Of a stretch of 64,000 bases of DNA, positions 50,918 through 62,697 are shown in pieces. The translations under genes and the position numbers were made by a program. The stretch's first letter is position 1. Each line of letters starts with the position of its first letter. A model generated the notes under the pieces. It was not told the origin of the DNA. It searched no databases and worked only from the letters and a program-made list of their open reading frames with translations. Source of the DNA: an uncultured Chloroflexia bacterium (GTDB lineage Bacteria; Chloroflexota; Limnocylindria; Limnocylindrales; CSP1-4); NCBI GenBank assembly GCA_963741085.1, contig CAVUGM010000004.1, positions 141,988 to 205,987 on the forward strand, written 5' to 3'.

Positions 50918-53253
50918 ATGCCACGCACCGAACGCGCCGGCGACGCCGACGAGGCCCTGCTCCCGAACGCGGACTCCGCCTTGGACGCAGCCCTTCCCGC
51001 GCCGGACGCCGGACGCCGCCGCGCCGGACGCGCGCCACGCCCGCGCCGGACGCGCCCACGCCCGCGCCGGACGCGAACGCCGCGGCGCCGGACGCCGCGA
51101 CCCCGCCGGCCCCGCGCCGCCGCGGGCGTCCACCGGGCTCGAAGAACCGCCCGAAGATCGCGGCGCCGGGCTCCGCCGCAGGCACGGCGGACCAGCCCGT
51201 GGCCGCCGGGCTCCCGCAGATCGCCGTCCCCACCGGGCGCCGCCGCGGTCGCCCGCCCGGACGGGCGGCTCGCCCGGTGTCGCCGTCCCCTGCCCGCCGT
51301 GACCGCCTCACCATCGAGCAGATCGTCGCCGTCGAATCGCCGCGGGAGCCGCGTCTCTCGCCGGACGGCCGTCGTGTGGCCTGCACGATGGAAGCCGCCG
51401 GCTCGCGCCAGGTCTTCGTCATCGACGTGCGCTCGGGACAGGCCCGCCAGGTCACGGCGTCGGAGCAGGCGGTCAGCGATCCGCAATGGTCGCCCGACGG
51501 CTCGTGGCTCGCGTTCGTCCGCGACAGGGCCATCTGGATCGTCGGTGCCGATGGGTCGCCGGCCGACGCTCGTCGCCGACCATCCGGCCGGCCAGCGCTT
51601 GCCGCGCTGGTCGTCCGACGGCCGCAACATCGCCTTTGTCTCGCGGCGCCGGGGCTGGAGCCAGGTCTGGCTCGTGGAGGCTCCGCTGCCCCGCCGCGGC
51701 CGCCCGCCGGCCCGAGGGCGACGCGCCGGAGCCGCGTCGCCGTGACGCCGGTCGGAATCGACGTCGAGGACCTCGTGTGGTCGCCGGACGGTTCCCACCT
51801 CGCCGTCGTGGCCCAGCGCGACGCCGACCTCACGACGATGCAGGTGACGGTGGTCGACCTCGCCTCGGGCGAGGAACGAATCGTGGCGGGTACGCGGCGC
51901 CTGGGAGACCAGCCCGCGCTGGCTCCCCGACTCGAGCGGTCTCCTCCTGGTCTCCGACCGCGATGGCTGGTTCCAGGTGGTCCGGGTGCCGCTGGATGGG
52001 TCAGGCCGGACCACCCTCACCGCGGGCGCGGTCGAGCACGGCGACTACAACGGCGGCTTCGGCGCGCGCTCCGCTCCCGTCGCCAGACGGCAGGCGTTTC
52101 GTCCACGCTCTCGTGCACGACGGGCTCGTGGATCTCCTCGTGGCGCCACTCGCCGCCGCGACCCCGCCGAAGCGCCGCCCGGGCCGGCCGCCCAAGAACC
52201 GGCCGACGGAGCTCGACGCGGCTGCGGGCGTCCGGATCAGCCCAGCCGACGGCGTCTGGCTCGCGGTCGACTGGCTGCCCGACGGGAGCGGCATCCTCGC
52301 GGTCGGCGAAACCGAGCGTGAGCCCGGAGGACCTCTGGATCCTGCCGGTCCCCGGGCCCGATGGGACACCCGCATTCCGGCCGCGCCGGCTCACCCGGTC
52401 ACTCCCGGCCGTGCTTCCCGTGCGGACCTTCACCGAGCCGGAGCGGATCACGATTCGGGCGCGGGACGGCCTCGCAATCCCCCTCACCCTGTGGCGCCCG
52501 GCGGTGGCCTCCGGCAAGCGCGGAGGGGAGACCGTGCCGACCGTCGTCCACGTCCACGGCGGTCCCTCGTGGCAGGCTTACCGTGACTTCCAGCCGTTCC
52601 GCCAGCTCCTGGTCCAGGAGGGCTTCGCGTTCCTGTCGGTCGACTTCCGCGGATCCACCGGCTACGGCCGCGACTTCCGCCTTGCAAACCGGAACGAGTG
52701 GGGCCACGCCGACGTCCACGACGTCCTCGACAGCGCTCGCTGGGCCGCCGGTCAACCATGGTCCAACGGCCGCCTGGCGGTGTACGGCGGCTCGTATGGC
52801 GGCTATCTCACGCTGTGCGCGCTGGTCGAGGAGCCCGGGCTGTGGGCCGCCGGCATCGACCTCTTCGGAGATTCCGAGATCGCCGAGAGCTACCGCCACG
52901 GCGATCGCGTCGGACGCATCGACCTGCAGCGGATGATGGGCTCGCCCGACGACGCGGCCCAGGCCGACCTCTTCAGGCGCGGCTCGCCGCTCTATCGCGC
53001 CGAGCGGATCGAGGCGCCCCTCCTGATCCTCCACGGACGGAAGGATCGCCGCGTGGTGCCCCTGATGACCGAGAAGATGGTCGAGGCGCTCGAGATCGAG
53101 GGCAAGTTCCACGAAGTGCACTGGTACGCCGACGAGGGCCACGGCTGGGAGCGCCGCGAGAACCGGCGCGACGCCTTCGGCCGGATCGTCGCCTGGCTCA
53201 GGCGCTTCGCCATGGAGGAGCCCCCCGCACGGCCACCCCGGGAGGGTCGATGA
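50918..53253 (+). CDS. S9 family serine peptidase with beta-propeller and AT-hook-like motifs (several frameshifts)
   Basis: SPDG repeats, VHGGP, FRGSTGYG, GGSYGG, HGRKDRRV, DEGHG; four RGRP/GRP motifs. Confidence 0.88.
50998..51105 (+). repeat. About 21-bp tandem repeats (gcgccggacgc core) in the S9 N-terminal extension
   Basis: Five to six copies of (c)gccggacgc encoding APDA-type units. Confidence 0.6.
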
Positions 53254-54225
53254 GCGCCGCTCCCGTAAACGGATCGATCCCCGAGCGCGCCCTCCGCACG
53301 ACCTTCATCTGGCTGTCGCATCGCAAGGCGCTCGGCCGCCTGTCGACGCGGATCCCCATCACCCGGCCGATGGTTGCCCGCTTCATCGCCGGGGAGACGT
53401 TGCCCGAGGTGCTCGACGTCCTCGTCCGCCTGCGCGCCGCCGGGTACCTGACGACCGTCGACGTCCTCGGCGAGTCGGTCGACTCCGCGGACGCCTGCGC
53501 GCCCGCCGCCGTGCGCTACGAGGAGACGCTCGACGCCCTCGCGGGCGAGGGTCTCGAGCGCAACGTCAGCCTCAAGCTCACCCAGATGGGCCTCGACATC
53601 GACCGTGACCTCTGCCGCGACACGGTGGCCCGGATCTTCCGCCGGGCAGCCGACCTCGGGGCGTTCGTGCGCATCGACATGGAGGACCACACGCGGACGG
53701 ACGCGACGCTGGGGCTCTTCCGCGAGCTCCGGCCGCTCAACACGAACAGCGGTGTCGTCATCCAGGCGGCGCTCCACCGGTCGCCCGCGGACGTGGAGGC
53801 GATGATCGGCGAGGGGGTGCGCGTCCGCCTCTGCAAGGGTGCCTACAACGAGCCCGCATCCGTCGCGCTGCGCGAGCGCGAGGCCATCAATGCCGCCTAC
53901 GAGGCCCAGGCGCGGCGACTGATGGCCGGCGGCGTCTATCCGGCACTTGCCACGCACGACGGGCGGCTCATCGGGCGCCTGGTCCGCTGGGCCGAGGCCG
54001 AGGGGATCGGCCGTGACCGCTACGAGTTCCAGATGCTCCATGGCATCCGGCGCGACCTCCAGGCCCAGCTCCTGGAGCGCGGCTACCGGGTGCGCGTCTA
54101 CGTCCCGTACGGCGCGGCAGTGGTACCCGTACTTCATGCGCCGCCTCGCCGAGAAGCCGGCCAACGTGACGTTCATGCTCCGGTCCCTCGTGAAGGAAGG
54201 CGCGGGCGCGTCCCAGCAGAGCTGA
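53250..54225 (+). CDS. Monofunctional proline dehydrogenase (frameshift near 54115)
   Basis: RFIAGET, SLKLTQMG, RIDMED, RLCKGAY, ATHD, EFQML, YVPYG, YFMRRLAE. Confidence 0.9.
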
Positions 54226-54305
54226 GGCGTCCGGCGGCGACCGCTATTCGGCCGCAGCGGCAGCGTTCCTCGGCCTGCTCCTGGTCCGCCTCCGGGCCGG
54301 CGCCG

Positions 54306-55133
54306 TCAGCGGACGGCGAACGAGCGCTTGGCGAGCCCCATCCAGTAGCCGTCGATCCGGAAGTCGGGCGTCTCGTCGGCGACGGCAGCGGCGCCCAGCG
54401 TGACGAAGAGCGGGGCAAGATGCTCCACGGTGGGGTGCGCGTACGGCATGCCGGGTGCCCGGTTCCGGAAGTCGAAGAGAGCGTCGACGTCACCCCGCTC
54501 CAGCGCCTCGGTTGCCCAGCGGTCGAAATCCACCGACCACGCGGGGGCGCCGGGCATGCCCAGCATGTAATCGCGGACGAACGGAAGCCCATGTGTCAGG
54601 AAGCCGCTGCCGACGATCAGGACGCCCTCGTCCCGCAGCGGGGCGAGGCGGCGGCCGACCGCGAACAGGTGCTGCGGATCGAGGTCGGGCAGCGACATCT
54701 GCAGGACCGGGATGTCCGCGTCGGGGTACATCACGGTGAGCGGCACGTAGGCCCCGTGGTCCAGGCCCCGGTTCGGCGCCTGGGCCACCGGCTCGACGTC
54801 ACGAATCAGCTTCACCACCGACGCGGCGAGCTCCGGCGCGCCGGGCGCGTCGTAGCGCGTCCGGTAGTAGCGCTCGGGGAAGCCGTAGAAGTCGTAGACG
54901 AGCGGGACCGGGGTCGTCGCCCCCACGGTCAGCGGCTGGGACTCCCAGTGGGCGCTGACCATCAGGATGGAGCGGGGACGCGGCAGCTCGCGGGCCCACG
55001 CGGCCAGCTCCACCGGCCAGATCGGGTCGTCGACGAGGATCGGGGCGCCGTGGCCGATGTAGAGGGCCGGCATCCGCGTCGGGTCGGGCGTCAGCGGCGG
55101 CGCCGCGACATCGGGATGTGCTTCGAGGCTCAT
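54306..55133 (-). CDS. LigB-family extradiol dioxygenase (DOPA 4,5-dioxygenase-like)
   Basis: GHGAP, VSAHW, YDFYGFP, GLDHG, GSGFLTH, AHPTVEH. Confidence 0.88.
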   Translation of the reverse strand: MSLEAHPDVAAPPLTPDPTRMPALYIGHGAPILVDDPIWPVELAAWARELPRPRSILMVSAHWESQPLTVGATTPVPLVYDFYGFPERYYRTRYDAPGAPELAASVVKLIRDVEPVAQAPNRGLDHGAYVPLTVMYPDADIPVLQMSLPDLDPQHLFAVGRRLAPLRDEGVLIVGSGFLTHGLPFVRDYMLGMPGAPAWSVDFDRWATEALERGDVDALFDFRNRAPGMPYAHPTVEHLAPLFVTLGAAAVADETPDFRIDGYWMGLAKRSFAVR

Positions 55134-55275
55134 GCCCCCACGCTACCACGGGGTAGTTGCGCGTGCAACGACCATGCTTTCGTGCGGCCCCGCGTCGGTC
55201 TGCCCGGTCGCGGCGGTGCTCGCACGTGGCGCCGGTGGAACGCCAGCCCGGGCGCGGCCCGCACCGTTGCGCCGG

Positions 55276-56114
55276 TCAGGCCGTCGGGGTGGGGAGCATG
55301 CGCTCCCGGAGCCACGCGATGATCTCGCCCACGATCCGCTCGCCGTCGAACGGGTCGTGGTGCGGTTCGTGGCGGACGCCCGGGTAGACACGTCGCTCGG
55401 TGCTCGCGAAGCGCTCGAGCGTGGCGGTCGAGGCCGTGGGGACGAGGTGGTCGTCGCCCCCGTGCACGACGAGCGTCGGCAACGGGAAGCCGTCGCCATC
55501 CTCCAGCTTCACGCCGACGCGGTCCATGGCTTCGAACAGGAAACCGCCGAGGCGGATGGTGGTGCGCGTCACCGACAGCGGGTCACGCTCGCTGACCACC
55601 AGCCGGCATCGGGTCGCGGGCGATCGCAGAAGGCTTCCACGGGTTCGCGAGGGCGTAGGTGGGCGCGACGTGCGCCAGCGCCCGAGCCAGGCCCCGGACG
55701 AAGGTGCTGCCACCGGCCAGCGCTGGGGCGGAGAGCACCGCCACGTCCGGGAGCGGTCGCTCGGCCAGCAGGTAGTCCGCCACCACGAGGCCACCGAGCG
55801 AGTGCCCGTAGATCGCCGCCGGCAGGCCTGTCGCTTCGGCTGGCCGCGAGGCGGTCCTCGACGTCGTCAAGGTAGTCGGCCCAGCGCTCGACGTAGGCTC
55901 GCCGTCCGCCCGAGGCACCGAAGCCGCGGTGGTCGAACGAGGTGGCAACAAGCCCGGCTGCCGCGAACCGGCCGCCCGTGGCGTCGTGACGGCCCGAGTG
56001 CTCTCCGAGGCCGTGGACGACGAGGACCGTGCCCCACGGCTCGCCGGCCGTCGGCCAGCTCCGGGTGAGAAGCGGCGTGCCGTCACGGGCGGGGACCGTC
56101 TTGAGCGTCGACAT
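55276..56114 (-). CDS. Lysophospholipase-like alpha/beta hydrolase (frameshifts)
   Basis: VHGLGEHSGR, DHRGFGAS, GHSLGG, HGGDD, RHE. Confidence 0.85.
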
Positions 56115-56177
56115 CCGTTGCTCCTTCTCTGTGCGACGCCGCCGGCCCGGGCCGCCGGACGGGCACCCAAAGGATGC

Positions 56178-57141
56178 CTACGGCTCCTCGACGACCACCT
56201 CGATCGTCCCGCCGGGCGTTGTCTGGGCCAGGATGACCCCGCCGATGACGAAGGCTCCGCCAAGGAGCTGGAGGGGGGCCAGCGACTCCCCGAAGATCAG
56301 GGTTGCCAGCGTGATCGTCCAGATCGGCTCCACGGTGGAGACGAGCGCCGTCTGGGCCGCGCCGATGCGGGCCGTCGCCGCGTAGAACGCCGAGATCGCG
56401 ACCGCCGTCGAGAAGACGGCGATGCCGATGAGGCCGAACCACGCGCCCAGAGGGAATCTGGCCGGGCAGGACCGGTTCGCCGGCCGGCACCGCCAGCGCG
56501 GCGACGACGACGAAGGTCCCCGTCAGCATCAGCGCAGCGGCGACCGCGGGGCGTGTCTCGGCGCCGGCTCCCCCGGTTCGCGATGCCGCCGTCTCGCCGC
56601 GGCGTTCGCCCGCCACGCGGGCCGTCAGGATGATGTAGACGGAGTAGATGATGGGCGACGCCACGATCAGGGCGATCCCGATGGGCTCGGCCGCGACCTG
56701 GATCCCGCCGATCGCCATGACCACGCCGGCGCTGACCAGGGCCAGCGCCAGCCAGGGCCGCCGGCCCTGCAGGCCGTGGCCCCAGCGGATCGAGAGGACG
56801 GCCACGAGCGCCGGGTAGATGTAGACGATGAGGGCGGCCAGCGACGCCGAGACGTACTGGAGCGAGGCGTAGTAGGTGGCGGCGTTCATGAAGAAGAACG
56901 CGCCAAGGCCGAGGAGGACGAGCGACCGGCGCGGGGCCAGGGCTCGCAGCTCGGCCCGGTTCTCTCCGACGATCACGACCCAGGCCCAGACCAGCAGGCC
57001 ACCCACCAGGAAGCGCCAGAAGAGGAGGGCGAGCCAGTCGACCCCGGCCTCGTACACGCTCTTGGCAAACAGGGCGCCGGATCCATAGCCGCAGGCGGAC
57101 ACGACCGCGAGGGCCACGCCCAGCAAGCGGCGACGGTCCAT
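56178..57141 (-). CDS. DMT/EamA family transporter (frameshift near 56460)
   Basis: About 10 TM segments, LFWRF, YIYPALV, STVEPIWT. Confidence 0.85.
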
Positions 57142-57339
57142 CTCGCCGGAGCCTAGCAGGGGCCCGGGGCCCGCCGCCGGGCCGCGCCGTCGAAGTGCCC
57201 CCTGCCGCCGGGGCGCCTCCCGCAGCCGGCCCGAACCGGACGCCCGCCGCCTGCTGGGGTACGCTTCGCCGACCGGCCAGCGCCGCGCCGATCCCGCCGG
57301 TGCGCCGGATGATGAGATCCAGGAGGGTCGCCAGGTCCC

Positions 57340-59194
57340 GTGACGACCACGAAGGGCCACGAGGTCCCGGTCCAGGCGCTGGACCGGGTGACGATCCGCT
57401 TCGCGGGTGATTCCGGCGACGGGATGCAGCTGACCGGCACCCAGTTCACGCGCGCCGCCGCCGTCTTCGGCAACGACATCAGCACGCTGCCCGACTACCC
57501 GGCCGAGATCCGGGCGCCCGCGGGCTCGCTGCCCGGCGTCTCGGGCTTCCAGATCAGCTTCAGCTCGAGCGACATCCATACGCCGGGTGACGCGCCGGAT
57601 GTCCTCGTGGCGATGAACCCCGCCGCCCTCCGCGCCAACGTCGGGGACCTCGTCCCCGGCGGCGCGATCGTCGTCAACGCCGACGCGTTCACCCCGAACA
57701 ACCTGACGAAGGCGGGCTACGCATCGAATCCGCTCGTCGACGGGGCGCTGAAGCCCTACTCGGTCTTCGAGATCCCGATCTCGACCCTCAACGCGCGGGC
57801 CCTCGAGGGGCTCGACATGACCGCCAAGCAGGTCGACCTCACCAAGAACTTCTTCGCCCTCGGCGTGATGTTCTGGCTCTTCGAGCGCAGCATGGATTCG
57901 ACCCAGCGCTGGATCGAGGAGAAGTTCGCCAGTCGTCCGATCGTCGCCCAGGCGAACCGGCGCGCCCTCGGCGCGGGCTACGCCTTCGGCGAGACCACCG
58001 AGATCTTCCACACCCGCTACGACGTTCCGGCCGCGCACCTGGCCCCCGGCACGTACCGCAACGTCACCGGCAACGAGGCGACGGCACTTGGCTGCGTCGC
58101 CGCCTCGGTCCTGTCGGGGCGGCCGCTGGTCTACTCGACCTACCCGATCACGCCGGCGTCGGACATCCTGCACCAGCTCGCCGGCTACAAGCAGTACGGG
58201 ATCAAGACCTTCCAGGCCGAGGACGAGATCGCCGCCATCGGTGCCGCACTCGGCGCCTCCTACGGCGGTGCCCTCGGGCTCACCGGCACGTCGGGGCCCG
58301 GGATGGCGCTCAAGGCGGAGATGCTCGGCCTGGCCGTGATGGTGGAGCTGCCCGCTCGTCGTGGTGAACGTCCAGCGCGGCGGGCCCTCGACCGGCCTGC
58401 CCACGAAGACGGAGCAGTCGGACCTCCTCCAGGCGCTCTACGGACGCAACGGCGAGTCGCCCGTCGCGGTCGTCGCGCCGGCCTCGCCGGCCGATTGCTT
58501 CGACGTGGCGATCGAGGCGTGGCGGATCGCGCTCAAGTACATGACCCCGGTCGTCGTTCTCAGCGACGCATTCCTGGCGAACGGCACCGAGCCGTGGCGC
58601 GTGCCCGCCCTCGACAGCCTCCCCGACCTGCACACCCCGGCCCGCGACGAGACGGTCACCTTCTTCCCGTACCAGCGCGACGCGGAGACGCTGGCCCGAC
58701 CGTGGGTCGTGCCGGGCACCCCGGGGCTCGAGCACCGGATCGGTGGCCTCGAGAAGCTCGACGTCCTCGGCACGGTCAGCTACGACGCCGACAACCACCA
58801 CCGGATGTCGATCCTGCGCGCCGAGAAGATCGCGGGGATCGCCCGCGACATCGCCCCCCTGGAGGTCCTCGGGCCGCCCGAAGGGGACCTGCTCATCCTC
58901 GGCTGGGGATCCACGTACGGCGCCATCCGGACTGCCGTGGAGCGGCTCCAGGCGCGGGGTCGGAAGGTCTCCCAGGCCCACCTGCGCCACCTGAACCCGT
59001 TCCCTGCCAACACCGGCGAGGTCCTGCGGGGCTTCGACAAGGTCCTGGTTCCCGAGGTCAACCTCGGCCAGCTGCGGACCCTCGTGCGCGCCGAGTTCCT
59101 GGTCGACGCGATCGGCTTCAACCTCGTGCGCGGCAAGCCGTTCTCCATCGGGGAGATCGAGGCCAAGGCCGAGCAGCTGCTCGGCAACCTGTGA
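57340..59194 (+). CDS. korA: 2-oxoacid:ferredoxin oxidoreductase alpha subunit (frameshift near 58350)
   Basis: FAGDSGDGMQLTG, YPITPAS, QAEDE, QRGGPSTGLPTK, GWGSTYG. Confidence 0.93.
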
Positions 59195-59204
59195 GGCCGG
59201 CTCG

Positions 59205-60242
59205 ATGACCGAACAGACCGCGACGGCCGCCGAGCCGCTCAAGCTCACTCGCAAGGACTTCGCGAGCGACCAGGATCCGCGCTGGTGCCCGGGCTGCGGC
59301 GACTACTCGATCCTGGCCCAGACGCAGAAGATCATGCCCGACTTCGGGGTGCCCAAGGAGAAGATCGTCTTCGTGTCCGGGATCGGCTGCTCGGGCCGCT
59401 TCCCGTACTACATGAACACGTACGGGTTCCATTCGATCCACGGCCGCGCCCCGACCGTCGCGACCGGTCTCAAGCTCGCCCGCCCCGACCTCATGGTGTG
59501 GGTGATCACCGGCGACGGCGATGCGCTCTCGATCGGCGGCAACCACATCCTCCACGCGATGCGCAAGAACGTGGACATCCGCGTCGTGATGTTCAACAAC
59601 CGGATCTACGGCCTCACCAAGGGCCAGGCCTCGCCGACGTCCGAGTTCGGGCAGCGCACGAAATCGACTCCGGTCGGATCCATCGACTACCCGATCCACC
59701 CGCTCATGATCGCGCTGGCCGCCGAGGCGAGCTTCGTCGCCCGCACCGTCGACACGCAGGTGGACCATATCCAGCACGTGATGGAGCGGGCCGGCTTCCA
59801 CCGCGGCTCGACGTTCGTGGAGGTCCTCCAGAACTGCAACATCTTCAACGACGGCGCCCACCGCTCGTTCACCGACCGCGAGGTACGCGACGACCGGATG
59901 CTCGTCCTCGAGCATGCCAAACCGATGATCTTCGGGAAGGGCCGCGACTTCGGCCTGCGGCTCGACGGCCTCCGGCCCGAGGTCGTGCGGATCGGCGAGA
60001 ACGGCATCACCGAGGCCGACATCCTGGTCCACGACGAGACCAGCGAGGACCCGACGATCCACAACATGCTGGCGCGGATCTACCAGCCGGAGTTCCCGGT
60101 CCCCATCGGCGTGATCCGGAACGTCCCCCGTCAGACCCACGACGAGCTGATCGAGGCGCAGATCCGCGACGCCGTCGGCCGCCACGGGGCCGGCGACATC
60201 GCCCGGCTGCTCCGCTCCGGCGAAACCTGGACCGTCGAGTGA
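59205..60242 (+). CDS. korB: 2-oxoacid:ferredoxin oxidoreductase beta subunit
   Basis: WCPGCGD, SGIGCS, IHGRA, GDGD, NNRIYGLTKGQ. Confidence 0.95.
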   Translation: MTEQTATAAEPLKLTRKDFASDQDPRWCPGCGDYSILAQTQKIMPDFGVPKEKIVFVSGIGCSGRFPYYMNTYGFHSIHGRAPTVATGLKLARPDLMVWVITGDGDALSIGGNHILHAMRKNVDIRVVMFNNRIYGLTKGQASPTSEFGQRTKSTPVGSIDYPIHPLMIALAAEASFVARTVDTQVDHIQHVMERAGFHRGSTFVEVLQNCNIFNDGAHRSFTDREVRDDRMLVLEHAKPMIFGKGRDFGLRLDGLRPEVVRIGENGITEADILVHDETSEDPTIHNMLARIYQPEFPVPIGVIRNVPRQTHDELIEAQIRDAVGRHGAGDIARLLRSGETWTVE

Positions 60243-60742
60243 GCGACGCGGGGGCCGGCGCCCCCGCCGGCGCGCCGGGCGAGGCCGGTCGTGGTTCGGG
60301 CGTGTCTGCCGTGCCCGGAGGCGCGCTCACCGTGATCGTGCTCGCCGACGACCTGATCTGGGCGACGCGCCTCGTCGGCCAGCTGCGCACCCTCGGCGCG
60401 ACCCCGGTCCGGGTGGGGAGCGCCGCCGCGTTCGCAGGCGCCCTCGCGGGTGGGACCGCGACGCGCGCCGTCGTGGACCTCACCGCGCGGGCATACGACG
60501 GGATCGCGGCGACCGGGGAGGCCGTCGGTGCCGGATTGCGGGTCCTGTGCGTGGGGCAGCACGATGACGCAGCACTCCGGCGGGCCGCCCGCGCGGCGGG
60601 CGCCGAGCGGGTCTACGCCTACCGCAGGCTCTTCGAGGACGGCCACGCTGCGCTGGCGGCCTGGCTCGGCGTGCCAGCTCCGGCGCCCGGCTCGCGCGTG
60701 CCTCCCTCATCGGCCGGGAGTGCCGAGGTTCATCGCCCATGA
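60239..60742 (+). CDS. Atypical stand-alone receiver-like domain protein
   Basis: VIVLADDL, AVVDL, GQHDD..ARAAGA; translationally coupled on both sides. Confidence 0.6.
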   Translation: MSDAGAGAPAGAPGEAGRGSGVSAVPGGALTVIVLADDLIWATRLVGQLRTLGATPVRVGSAAAFAGALAGGTATRAVVDLTARAYDGIAATGEAVGAGLRVLCVGQHDDAALRRAARAAGAERVYAYRRLFEDGHAALAAWLGVPAPAPGSRVPPSSAGSAEVHRP

Positions 60743-61911
60743 GCGCCCCGGCCCGGGCCGGCGATGCCGCGGCCGGCGATCCCTGCGTCCCGGTATGGCG
60801 ACCGGATCGCTCGCTCGCAGGCGGGAGCCCGGGCCCGTGGCCTCGACGCCCTGCTCGTCGGGGTCGGGCCGGACCTCCGGTATCTCGCCGGGCTACGCGG
60901 CGATGCCACTGGAACGGCTCACGATGCTGGTGCTGCCAGCCGAGGGACCGGCGACGCTGCTCGTGCCGCGCCTCGAGGCGGCGCCGGCCCGCGCGTGCCC
61001 CGCGGCAACCGGCTCTCACGTGACAGTCGCCACGTGGGAGGAGACCGAGGATGCGGTCGGTCGCGTATGCGATCTCCTGCCCGGCGCAAGCGGCGCGCAT
61101 CGGTGTCTCCGACCGGCTCTGGGCGCTCCACCTGCTTCGCCTCCAGGCCGCCCTACCTGGAGTGGTCGCGGAGCCGGCGTCGCTCGTTCTGCGCGACCTG
61201 CGCGTGGTCAAGGACGCGGACGAGATCGCCCTCCTGCGGCTCGCCGCGGAAGCCGCCGACCGCGTCGTCCACGAGGTGGCCCACGGGCGACTCGTCGGCC
61301 GTACAGAGGCCGACGTCGCCCGGGAAGTCCGCGATCGCCTCGTGGACGAGGGTCACGACAGCGCCGATTTCGCCATCGTCGCCTCCGGCCCGAACTCGGC
61401 CTCGCCGCACCACGAGGCGTCCGACCGGGTGATCCGCGGCGGCGAGCCGATCGTGCTCGACATCGGCGGACCGCTTGGAGGCTACGGCAGCGACATCACG
61501 CGGACGATCTGGGTCACCGGGGGCGACGCCGCCCACGGACCCGACGACGAGTACCTGCGCCTCTACTCCGTGCTGCGAGCCGCCCAGGCCGAGGCAACCC
61601 ACGCGGCGAGGCCGGGTGTGGCCTGCGAGCGGGTCGATCTCGTCGCCCGCGAGCTGATCTCGGCGGCCGGGCACGGGATGCACTTCATCCACCGCACGGG
61701 CCACGGCATCGGCCTTGAGGCCCACGAGGATCCGTACATCGTGGCCGGCAACGGCGAGGCGCTCGCGCCCGGAATGACCTTCAGCGTGGAGCCGGGGATC
61801 TACCTCGATGGCCGATACGGAGCACGCATCGAGGACATCGTCGTCTGCGGCGAGGACGGCCCGATCGTGCTCAACGAGGCGCCGCGCGACCTCCTCGTCG
61901 TGACCGGCTGA
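60739..61911 (+). CDS. M24 family Xaa-Pro peptidase (frameshifts)
   Basis: DLRYL, PHH, LDIGG, SDITRT, HRTGHGIGLEAHE, VEPGIY, RIEDIV. Confidence 0.9.
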
Positions 61912-61950
61912 GCCACCGCCGGCGGAGGGTGCGCGTCCGACACGCGACAT

Positions 61951-62040
61951 GCCGTCGGGCCGGCTGTCGAGCGCCATGCCGTCAGGCCGGCTGTCCTGCG
62001 CGCCGCCGTCGGGCCGGCTGTCGAGCGCGCCGCCGTCGTG
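61951..62040. repeat. 27-bp intergenic tandem repeat, 3 full copies plus a partial copy
   Basis: gccgtcRggccggctgtc...cgcc units at 61951, 61978, 62005, partial at 62032. Confidence 0.85.
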
Positions 62041-62128
62041 CGGGCGGTATGATCGACCCCAGCCTGCGGGACGCCTGCCCGCCTGATCAGCCACCATGCG
62101 CGGCTCGGCGCCGCGGAGCTGCAGAGCC

Positions 62129-62569
62129 ATGACAGAGCACGCGCTGGAGCGAGCCGTCCAGCCAGATTCCGCCGCCTCACCAGCGCCCCTCCAGGGCGTC
62201 CTCCAGGAGAACCACCCCGGGAACCGTGGCGGGGAGTCCTGGAACGGGAACGCCGCGCCCGATGATTCCGTTGCCCGGGGAGAGAGCCCCGCGACCTGCA
62301 CCCAGGCCCAGCTGCGGCGCTTCATCAAGAGCCGGCCCTACGTTCCGCTCCACGAGCTGCGTCGCCGCTTCGGCCTCAGCGGCCCCGACGACGACGTGTC
62401 GCCCGTTGACGTCGATGGACGCCGCGTCTTTGTCGGCCTCCCTGCCCGGGAAACAGGGCTCCTCGGGGAGCTCCTGCGCCAGGGCGACGTGGGCTACGAG
62501 CTGTTGCTCGACCCGACGAGCCCGATCATCATCGGCGTCTTCCCGATGCGGCCGGTCCAGCGATCCTGA
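62129..62569 (+). CDS. Hypothetical protein, possible winged-helix-like domain
   Basis: Disordered N-terminus then QLRRFIKSRPYVPLHELRRRF...GDVGYEL..IIIGVFP. Confidence 0.65.
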   Translation: MTEHALERAVQPDSAASPAPLQGVLQENHPGNRGGESWNGNAAPDDSVARGESPATCTQAQLRRFIKSRPYVPLHELRRRFGLSGPDDDVSPVDVDGRRVFVGLPARETGLLGELLRQGDVGYELLLDPTSPIIIGVFPMRPVQRS

Positions 62570-62697
62570 CCGCGACCATTGTCGCCGAGCCGACAGCCCG
62601 GGCGTCATCTTGTCACTTCCGCTCGACGACCGTTCCGGTCATCATCCGGGAACCGGCGCGGGCCGGCGGCACCGCACGACCACCACGGAGGATTGAC

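Noticed and set aside
61951-62040. Mini-CRISPR
   Set aside because: Head-to-tail units without spacers
62600-62655. CRP box or ECF41 promoter upstream of the repeat gene
   Set aside because: TGTCAC is present but spacing fits neither consensus; the gttccgg/ccgggaac inverted repeat is imperfect
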